Assembly (NCBI GenBank): GCA_040954595.2
Contig: CM082586.2
Location: 7,161,337-7,225,336, forward strand
DNA: 64,000 bases
Origin: Balanoglossus misakiensis
Lineage: Eukaryota > Animalia > Hemichordata
Direction: 5' to 3'
Part shown: positions 31,431-45,110 of the stretch, one piece after another
Layout: the number at the start of each line of letters is the position of its first letter
Numbering within the stretch: position 1 is the stretch's first letter
The notes under the pieces: model-generated
Databases searched by the model: none
What the model was told of the DNA's origin: nothing
The model's input: only the letters and a program-made list of their open reading frames with translations
Translations under genes and position numbers: made by a program

Positions 31431-34076
31431 ATGGAGTCAGATAAAATGGACACGGATACTTCTGAAAAGGGAGATAAGGCGAACACACTTCTTAGCCACG
31501 AGGATAAAGTTGTACCACCCGATGGTGGATTTGGATGGATCGCCGTCATAGCAGCGCATTTTGCGCTACTTCTCTCGATGGGAAGTATGGGATCCTTCGG
31601 GCCTTTCATCGTTCGACTGAAGAATTACTTTGATGAAGGCGCTGTTGTCATCGGAGGGATCAGTGGAGTGGCTATGTTTGTTACTTTAGCGACAGGTATA
31701 CACTTTTCATTTTGTTTCTTGTGGTCTTCATTCCAAAAGCTTTAGGGGTTTATAAGTTACAGTAACTAAAACAACCCAATGAAACGACTCCTCAGCCGAA
31801 CTACTCATTGCAAATGTGAATTACAACAAAAAGAGTGTCGTCAATTCAACCAAATGTTCACCATCAACCATCATCACTCTCAAACATACAACTTTTCTCC
31901 ATTGCGAAAGGAATTCCCAAAGTTCACGTATGTTGGGTTGAAACTAGCCGTAGTCTCTAGCCGTTTTTTTGTCCGCTTTGTTTCCAAAGCAAAGCGGACA
32001 AAATACGGCTAGATACTAGACTAGGTTGAAACCCATAATCAGAATGCAAATTGGTTACGATGAATTGCAAGAAGTTGTCGACTTTTGGCCAATCTGGCAG
32101 AATGTGCTCCTTTTGTCATATATTTGCTGACTCAAGCCGAAAACTGGGGAGGATATGCTTACACAGAGTCGAGTTCTCTGTAAAGTTGACAAATATCATT
32201 CTTTCATACTGTAGGTTCGATCGCCAGTGGTTTAAGCACTCGATTTGGATTCCGTCCAGTGGTCATTACAGGTGGTGTCATATCCACCCTAGGGCTAGCC
32301 CTAAGTGCCTTTGTCAGTCAAGCACACCTACTATACGTGACCTACAGTGTCATCACGGCCATCGGCTACAGTCTAGTGACAACCCCAGTGATGATATTTC
32401 CCGCAGTGTATTTCAAGAAACACTACGCGTTGGCAAACGGCATCACATCTGCGGGTCTCGCGGTAGCCTGGATCACTATACCGTCCCTCTCGCAGTTTCT
32501 GATCGAGGCCTACGGATGGCGCGGCGCCATGTTGATTCTTGCCGCCATCACTTGCAATATTTGCGTCTGCGGTGTACTTCTGAAATCCCCAGAAAGACAG
32601 CATAGTGTCGATGATGGCTTCAGCTCTATGATCAACGGCCAGACTGCTGGGTATCAGTCGATTGGTGGGACGAGAGAGTCCCAATCTGAACGTACAATCG
32701 CCCTCAAAGATGTCAGTGATTATAGTCACGTTGAAGAACAAGAAGAAAGCAATCTTAAAAAGTGTCTAAATATGTTTGATATTTCTTTGTTTTCAAATCC
32801 ATTGTTTCTGTTGATATTTATCGTTCACCTATTCACAGCAATCGCATTCTTCCCGAGTCTGTTGTTCTTGGTAGCACGTGCAGTATCCTACGGCATTCCG
32901 CAGCCGTTACCTGCCACGTTACTCACCGTGTGGGGGTCTACAAGCCTTCTAGGGCGACTGACCCACGGCTCCATCATCGACCGAAACATAATCTCGGCCA
33001 CCCAGGGCCTCGTCGGCGGTTTACTGGTCTGTGGACTCGTGAACATATTCTCTTGCTTTAAGACTGACTACCTGGGACTTGCTCTGATGTACGGTGTCTT
33101 CGGACTCTTTAACGGAGTGTACCACCCTTTGACCACGGTCATCATCAGGGATTACATAGGTTCCCAGAAATTCCCTCAAGGGCAAGGTCTCTGTAACATA
33201 TCTCGTGGAATTGGCGCTTTTCTTGGAGCACCCATTGTAGGTAGGTCCTTGGTGAGTGGTGTTGAGGATCGCTATTTTTTCCACGGGAGAACTTGGGGAA
33301 GGGATACGTAGACTGTCGCGATTTTTGAAGTAAAAACAAACCAGCCGTCTCCTCCCTCATGCTTTTCATTGCAAACGGACTTTATAACTGTATATTTTAC
33401 ACCCCTGGTTGTTTTAAATAATTTACGTTCCGAATCAAAATTAACCAGAGGCTAACCAGGGACAGAGTCTCTCACTCGCTGCCCTTTTTCCATTAAGTAT
33501 GTTTAATACAAGACACTGTTTATTTTATTCTACATGCGGATATATAGTGAATCAACGTTTGACCACACATAACTTTCATCCCGTTTGTAGGATATGAGAG
33601 TAAAAATCCCACCAAAATGAATAAATGGTAAACACCGATTATTCATTTTGGCGAGTTTTCACTCTCGTGTCTACAATTGGGATGGAAGTTGTGTGTGGTC
33701 GAACGTTGATCTACTATATATCCACATGTAGAATAACATAAATGGTGTCTTGTATCAAATAATTAATGAAAAAAGGGCAGCGAGAGAGAGACTTTGTCTC
33801 TTTGAGTGTGCGCACAACTACCATAAGAACACTCAGTTGTACTCTCACTCAAAAGTAGCGACCAGCCAAAAAAGAGTCGTCTTCTTTGAAAAAAAAATAT
33901 GTGATCTAAATTTTTGTTCTTTGATTCCCCCCCCCCCCCCTCTCATCTATATAGGTTGGATTTACGATACAAGTGGGAGTTACAACGTCTGCTACTTATT
34001 TTCGGGTGGTATGTTCATACTATCTTCGTTTCTTCTAGCGACAACTACCTTACGGCGCAAGTGCCGAGCAAAGTAG
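31431..34076 (+). CDS. Monocarboxylate transporter family (SLC16/MFS) protein, 470 aa
   Basis: Exons 31431-31695, 32215-33240, 33955-34076. Total 1413 nt, in frame. Motifs: PPDGGFGW, RFGFRPV, YFKKHYALANGI, LIEAYGWRGA, GRL in TM8, GWIYDTSGSY. Confidence 0.93.
31951..32023. repeat. Short hairpin element with TAGTC..GACTA ends
   Basis: tagtctctagccgt..ttgtccgctttg / caaagcggacaa..acggctaga..agacta. Confidence 0.7.
33458..33801. mobile_element. Foldback MITE family 2, third copy
   Basis: Both arms align with 20463-20816. The termini are decayed. Confidence 0.88.
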
Positions 34077-34289
34077 TACACCCGGGGGATTTAGACTGCT
34101 TTGCTGACGATCGATTATCGTCTGTGGGATTGAAATCACCAGACAACTTGTACGCTGCCTGAAGACGAGTTTGTCTGAGTAGATATCTTTGCCAAATTAA
34201 CCTTATCATATGACTGTTTCGTGTATGCAACGTTGATGGTATTTTAGAAGTCTGTTTTTACACAATGACTGGATATTAAGTTATTGCCT

Positions 34290-34452
34290 TAGACTCTCTC
34301 ACAGCCCACGGTTCGCTACAACAAGGCTCTTCACTGATGCGCCCTAAACCGTTTGGCAAGGGAGAAGCACCGTTTGGTGTTGTGTAGCCGGGCACACATG
34401 CAATCAGACCACAAGGCTGCACGGACGGCGAGAGGGGTTGTGAGAGAGTCTA
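34290..34452. mobile_element. Short TIR element with TAGAC..GTCTA ends
   Basis: tagactctctcacagccc / gggttgtgagagagtcta (18 bp, 1 mismatch). Confidence 0.7.
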
Positions 34453-35198
34453 GTTTTTGCCCCATCGACCTTTTCAGACCATCTGGCAGGCCAGCAGTAC
34501 GCATGAGCTAATTATTATTGTATTTCGCCATTTTCGGTTTACTGTTCACCACGATGCATTATTGATTCATTAATGTAGCAACAAAAAAAATTACAAGTCA
34601 TTATTGTATATGGATGATCGCACACACCAGCTCCAGGCCAATCGATCACCCGACAGAGCCACAAGAAGGTGGCGCCCTCGCTACCACGTGAGAGCTGCAT
34701 TTCCACAGCTGGCGTTGGTCTCACGTGGGAAGCGTAATGTAATTGAAGTTTAAAAAATCGCACAATGGGGTCCTGGATAATTAAAGCACATACGATGATC
34801 AATTAAATTAAAACCGTTGACTCCAAACTTCTCCCGTACACTTCCCCACATGAAAGTTTGGATGTGAAGAAGTTCAACTTTGAAGTTAAAAGTGTCCATG
34901 TACACGTATATCTTCCAACCCTGAAAATGGAGTCGAATGCAGTGTCCAGCTACAGACAGTGAAAGACATAATCCATGTGCATGCGCCATCCATGATATTG
35001 CTAGCTCGAGAACTGTTGGAAATATTAACGGTCAGAGGGTGGACTAAACCTTCCACGCGAATATGCACGTGAAAATTGGGGTCCTTAATCTGCCCTGCTT
35101 CCGCAAATAATCTAAATCCGGATGAAATCTTGAGATATCAGTGGAAGTGATGGCGTAAGAAGAGCCCTTCCGTCAGCTGGTACTCGAGAACTTCAGTG

Positions 35199-35258
35199 TA
35201 TAAAAGAGGTCTTGTTTCCTTCATTCGATCACAAAGTTTTGGTTTACCTCAACGAAAG
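35199..35258 (+). promoter_or_regulatory. TATA box and short non-coding first exon of S8 protease A
   Basis: TATAAAA at 35199-35205, donor AAG|GTAAGT at 35258, acceptor at 35415 just before the ATG. Confidence 0.7.
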
Positions 35259-35438
35259 GTAAGTCACCCATGCACAGTCCCTCGTGTGGTTCATTGTAGA
35301 TTTGATATATTTGATGTCTTGGCTATGGAAACAGTTGGCAGTTGTGAATTTGGCATCCCGGAGACTTCATTAATGCTGTTGTCCGTGCTAATATTACTTG
35401 CAACTTTTATTTCAGAGAAGAAAAACTCGACAAAAAAC

Positions 35439-38397
35439 ATGAAGATCGCCGCTTTGGTTCTCGCTTTGGCAGTGTCTGCCTACGCTCGCCCACTCATGGC
35501 TCCACTCCACAAGGGAGACATGAACAAGCTCATCCCAGGACGTTACATCTTCAAGCTGAAGGTACGCTGTCTAAATGAATATCACGGTCTTTTAAAATGT
35601 GACCCCGCATAGTCTCATTTGTATTCGTTCACTATTTATCAAATTATCATATAAGGTAGGCTCGAACATTCCTTACCCTGGGCTTATACATTACCAATTC
35701 GATTTGATTCCTTTGCAAGCCCCTGAACAGCATGCAGTGAGCAACAAGTGAATTCGCTGACGATATACGATGATCTATGGACCACACAAACTAACATTTG
35801 CTATATGCGCTGTGTTGTTGTCCACCCTACAGGACAGTGCCTCAGGAGCTGATTTCGATGCCGTTGTACGCCGTGTCCAAGGAATGGCCAGAGACCAGAC
35901 CCTCGGCGTCCACTTCCACAGCAGACTGTCAGCCATGAAATCTTTCGTCGCTGAAATGTCGGACAAAGCCCTCGCTCTGGTAGGTAGAAGCGCTCTACGG
36001 CGAAACAAAACATGACTCAGAACATTGTATGCTAGGCTTTAGCAGTTATGCATAACGGCCCCGATGGAACACGTTCATTTGGCGTCATTTCGGTTGTTGC
36101 TTTCTGATTGGTTGGCTCCAGTAGATGAAAAGCCAATCAAGAAGAACCTTCTTTCAGAGCAATTCAAAACAGATGATAACCCTGTGAGCGACTTTCCATT
36201 TATTCAACAATTCTGCCAACTGAGAACTGAAAACACATGCTATCCTTGTTTCCACACAGGTACGTCTCTTTGATGAAATTGAATACGTTGAACAGGACGC
36301 CATCTACAGCATCTCCGCCGTTGCCTCCTGGGGTCTTGACAGAAGTGACCAGGTCGATCTCCCACTGGACAACACCTACTCACCAAGAGGTATGTACTTG
36401 CACCCTCTGTCCACGATATGTTCATTAATCAAAGATTGGCGAGTAAAATATCTTCCTGTCCAGAAGGTCATGACATTAACATGCACAGAAACAGACTGGT
36501 GTAGCACAATTGTTGTACAAGGTGGAAGAAGTTTGGCTCTTCATATGTTCAGACGATACGTTCACATGTTACAATTATTGTAGTAACACTGTCATTTTGA
36601 AGCAACATTGAACCTACCGAATATATGATAAGTGCCGGAGTTTCCCCTTATAATGTATACAGAATCCACAACATTTCTTCTCTTGTCATTGACTTATAGG
36701 TGATGGTGCTGGCGTCAATGTTTACGTCATCGATACTGGAGTTCGTACAACTCACAACGACTATGGCGGCCGTGCAGCAGCTTTCTATGACGCCTTGGGA
36801 GGAAATGTACGTAAGCTCTAAATGGTGCCATCAACATTTGACTCTAAATTAAATTATGTTTCTGAAGGGCTTAAGAAGTAATTTTCAGATGGTGTGACCG
36901 GCATGTGGACAGGATGGTGAAACAAGTTGTTCGGAAATGCCAGTATTTATTGCTTCTCGGTGGAAAAAATGACTTGGTGGTCCAACGACATTCAAAACAA
37001 TGATCTACTTCACTATCCATATGGTCTATAGTCGTTATTCTGTCTTCGTCTTTCAGGGTGAAGATTGCAACGGTCACGGAACCCACTGCGCTGGTACTGT
37101 TGGTGGTACATCCTACGGTGTTGCCAAGTCTTCCAATCTCTTCGGTGTTCGTGTATTGAGTTGTCTCGGATTCGGTTCAACATCCAACATCGTCGCCGGT
37201 AGGGTTATTTGAAAGCATTAATACTTATTTGTGAATTGTGCATATAGTCATATCAAATCAAGTCGACAGAATTTACATGGAGCATTCTAATTTGAACGTC
37301 CATGGCTTGTCTCTGGCGAAATCAGGCACTCCACATTTTCTACGAGCGATTCGGTCGAACGACATGACGTCATACCCTCAATTCTTCCACAGGTATGAAC
37401 GAAGTTGCCACCAGAGGTGCTAAGCCAGGTGTTGCCTCCATGTCCCTTGGTGGCGGTGCATCTGTGGCTTTGGATAATGGCGTCACTACCCTCGTCAACA
37501 ATGGCTTCACCACTGTTGTTGCTGCTGGCAACGACAACGCCAACGCCTGCAACTACTCACCAGCCAGAGCTCCAGCGGTAAGACCTCTTGCCACTTAGAG
37601 AACTCAGTGCGGGCCAATAGCAATTTGTACCCTTCAAGTCATGGCAAGATTACCACGTGGTATGAGACGTTAGGCAAACGGTGCATGTACCATGGCATTC
37701 TGAGTTAACTTACAAGTTTAGCCACAACCGAAAATGATACTAGATAATTGTTCGCCATTGTTTGAACCATGACATCTGTTATGTAAGATTCCCTTTCAAC
37801 TGATGCGGTTCCAGTACACCTGTATTGAAAATATCTCAAATCTTGCCCAATTTCAGGCCGTCACCGTTGGTAGCACCACCAACAGCGACGCCAGATCATC
37901 TTTCTCCAACTTCGGTACCTGCGTCGACATCTTTGCTCCCGGTTCTGACATCACCAGTACCTGGCATACAAGTGACAGCGCCGTCAACACCATCAGTGGA
38001 ACCTCCATGGCTTGCCCACATGTTGCTGGTAAGATTTTGTGAAATTCAAGTATTTTTTTTTTAATTTACTCGACAAGGGTTTGCCAGCATGTACAATGTG
38101 GGCGGTTAACCCTTTCGCCGGCCAAATTCAATATTTCCTGTAGCAGTACTGTGCAATAATTTCAATGAGTCTGAAAATGTTCAAATTCTGAGTCGTCTGC
38201 TTTGTGATCAAAAATGGTCGTCTGTTAAACCGGATATCTATCTCTCTAAATTCCCAGGTGCCGCAGCTGTCCTCCTTGCTCAGAACCCAAGCATGTCACC
38301 AACTGACGTCACCAACCAACTCCTCAGCGACGCTTCCGCTAACAAGATTCGCTTCCCCGGAACCGGTTCCCCCAACCTGCTCCTCTACATCGGTTAG
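35439..38397 (+). CDS. Secreted proteinase K/PCSK9-like S8A serine protease, copy A (signal peptide, I9 prodomain, catalytic domain; 381 aa)
   Basis: Exons 35439-35561, 35833-35979, 36260-36389, 36700-36806, 37057-37198, 37393-37577, 37857-38028, 38258-38397 (1146 nt). Motifs: [53 protein letters not shown] at 38583. Confidence 0.95.
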
Positions 38398-40733
38398 ACT
38401 CCTCACGTGACCTCTGTGCTGCGTGGTAGAGTCTCCCGGACACCCGGCGCGGCTTTCCCCAGCAACAGGCGTCAAATCAAGCCTCAAGAAACAGTGTAGT
38501 TGTCATTCATTAACACAACTTTTGTCGATATTCTCAAGTTCCATTCAGACTACTGAGTTGTAACATTATTACCGAATTAAAGAATAAAAGGCTAGAAAAT
38601 TGAAATAAATGGACTGGGTGTGCATATATTTCCTATTGGATACTAGTTCCATTCAATTTTGTTCTGACGTACCGAGTTCGAGAAGAAATTAAAAAATCTT
38701 CTGACTGCCATTTCAACATCGTATTTATCTCCGCACACCTGAATTATCAGAATGGTTGCCATGACAAAATAACTTCCCGTAACAATAAACTTTAATGTGC
38801 CATTGATGAATTTTTCACTGAGTATGGAATAATGTCTGGATTTTCACGAAGCTTTGCAATATTGGTGGAGCATCAGAGATATTTCTACAAATATATTCCC
38901 CCCCCCCCACAAACACTTTTCTAAATGAGTACAAATTAACACAACTTAGGCTTGAAACTAATAAAGAAAATGATGTAGAAAGATACATGAGCTACAAAGA
39001 CCCTACACTCATGTATGCTGCGATCCGAAAGCATACGTCACGCCCGGGGGTGACACTTCTGTTCTGATGACAGTGCAGCCCTGTCTGTTGATACTCTACC
39101 CGCTTCTTAACCAATATCTTTGAACTTACAAAACAATAAGTCTTTAGCCTTATGTGAATAAAGCAAACATGGCCGAACAATACCCACAGCAAGACCAGAG
39201 CCCAAACTTCGGTTGTGCGATTGGAGAGGCCCAGGTGAATGACTGGAACATTTACAGAGGACTTCTGATATTGTCTGGTCAAATTGTAATGACTAAATGC
39301 TGAGAGTATGACCGCAATCCCCCTCGAATTGTACATCAAGACTGACATAAAGAAATGTAAACCAATAACCATATTCAAGTTGATCAAAAATTTTAGAGAA
39401 CTATCTATAGATGCATGTGTGTTATCAACTTGTGTATAAAATTTCGATAAAACACAATTGCATGATTTCCACGAATGTTCTTGAAATTTTTCGAAATGAT
39501 GCCAAAAGAGAAGGTGCATCCAATGATATAAAGAAAAAAAACGTTGTCATCGCGTTTGGTTTAGTTAATAAAGGCATTTATAGTATACCACAGAAAACTG
39601 TGGTATGAGGAGTGAAAGCATAATGCTGACCGGAACCTCAAAATTTAGACCCTGTAACTCAGTGAGGTAGAATGTGAACAACATGTTTTTTATTTTATTT
39701 TTACAAATTTACAAGAAACGTCGATTTTCTCTTTGCATGTACCTTGTATGCTTGTGAAATCACGTGACTGCTATCGGTAGGGATCTTTGTCACGTGTTGC
39801 CAGCTGTGAGGACGGTTGCTATTTCACAGACAGCTTTAAGATGTTGATCTTATCGATGGCAATTTCAAACCGGGCTTCTATAAAAGGAAATGACAGGTAA
39901 CAACCGTTTTCAAAAGCTAGAGGAGTCTCTCTATTTGGCCTACTGGAAAATCCTTATGATCTATCACATTTATTCGTATTGGTAAATGCGGCTTATACAA
40001 GGATGTCATTTTTTGTGCTGATCACATGTTGAAAGCAACTAGCATAGGAAATATCACACGCAGTTCCTGTAGACACGTGATAGGAAACAAACACTCATTC
40101 AAAAGAATTTATGTCAACAAAATAGTAAGCGCGCACGTGACCTGGGCGGGGTTGAAGAGATGTGTATTAATTCTGACGTGAGAAATATTACTTCTCTGTC
40201 AGGTGGCGGAGTGATATTTCTTGCATGCGTTAATTAATTAACAAGACACACAGAAACTAATCTGATACATCAGTTCCTGTGATTGCTTTGATCATAGTGT
40301 GGTGACTTTGAGGAACGCTACTCTTCTCCTAACAGCATCAACACTACAGGTATATCTGAAGTTCAGGAGGTATTACCAAAATAGCTGAACTCCAAAGGCG
40401 TACAAGACGAGGCAAACATCAGCTTCTTTGGAGAACAGCAAAATACATGTATCTCTGATTCTGTGTTGCGAAAACTATGTTGTGATGATACCTGACATAC
40501 TGATAGGAATAGCACGTCATATTTTCAACATAGATGGTAGAATAGACTAGTACTCAACTTGTCTTTGTTTCAGTTCTATGTATGTCACTTGCCTTCGAAT
40601 TGAAGTAGTCGAGATGAACAACAGTCTCATCCGGGTACCGTGGATCATCTTTTGAAACCATCACATATTCTCAATACAATGTAACACGGTTTTGTTTCTC
40701 CCTAGACTGGTCCTCAGTTAACAGCCAGACACA

Positions 40734-43821
<3,088 letters not shown>

Positions 43822-45110
43822 TCTTTCCATCTTCAACACTTCAAGCAAGCCTCCTTCTCACATTTATTGTACTAAGCTTACATTTTAATCACGCAACATG
43901 CGAGACAATGTACAACTTTTGAAACTCTTTCGTGTTTGAAATAAATGTTGGACCAATATAACATATACTTGTCTTGCGTGTTTGAGGTTTGAAGCTGTTT
44001 CCCGTTGTTTTTTGTTGTTTGTGAATTCTGTCTTACTAGAGACATTAATTTAAACTGTGATGGGAAGCTTCTTTCATGATAGGTCACTTTCATGACCCCT
44101 ATATGACCTGGCATTCTAAGCTATGATCACCTGGCCCACGTGCACCACGGCCTGTTAGACCAAGGCGGTACGAAAAGTGAACGACGATCATAAGAATCGT
44201 GGGAATACGACAATATGATTCTTCAGTCTAGCACGTGGCTTCCGCATATTTATCCGTAATCGCAAGATTAGCAAAACATGTTTTCTTACGGTAACATATT
44301 TACAGCAGGAGTTCCATTCCCGTTCATTAGCAGAACTATAAAATACGAGATACAACTTGAGAAACCGTGACCCAGACGTGCTAATGGGCAGACGACTACC
44401 GCGTCTGAAGTTCATTGCCATAGACCCACATAGCTACTGAGTAAGCCCCCAGGGTAATGCATATAACGATATCATGCTATGCTACAAGAACTTACATGCT
44501 ATCAGATAAGTTGATTCATATCGGATTTCCTAATTCTCTTGAGGAAATAATATTGATATCAATCAGTAAAAAACACCTGTTGATTATCCCATGCTTGAAG
44601 GGAAGACAGACGTTCTCTCAAATTCAAAATAAGACCAGTCTTACCCCTTCTATGTCACGTGACACACAAGATATTCAAATCTTACAAAGAGAGTGACGTA
44701 ATGTCATGTACAGACAAATATTACAATTAGATAGTTAACTCAACTGCATCGTGGAGACAGCTCTTCTTGTCTGGTAATATTTTCCTCTTTATTCACGCCT
44801 ATATGAAGACGAATCTAGAGAACATTCCTCTCGTCCGATTGTTTTCACAACATGTAACTAAAAAAAATCGAATTTGAAATTTGTTGCTGACACTACACTA
44901 CGACGACGATCTGGGTGAACGGTTCTTCCATATGCTGTGTTATAGTCGCAGAATAAGCTTGCGCGAGTAAACTAGCCACCAGTTTCATTGCTAAAAATTT
45001 CCTGGCCATCAGGGTCTTTGTAAGTAAGTGTAAAGTTTTTAAACAATTTGCTTTTGAGGAGATGCATGTATGACTTGTTTCATTCGACTCTTTCAGCAAT
45101 TACAATCAGG

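Noticed and set aside
38992-39519. 175-aa minus-strand ORF between proteases A and B
   Set aside because: No domain, no coding-like composition and no supporting splice pattern.
40229-40242. GTTAATTAATTAAC as an HNF1 site paralleling PCSK9 regulation
   Set aside because: One base longer than the GTTAATNATTAAC consensus, and AT-rich palindromes arise easily here.
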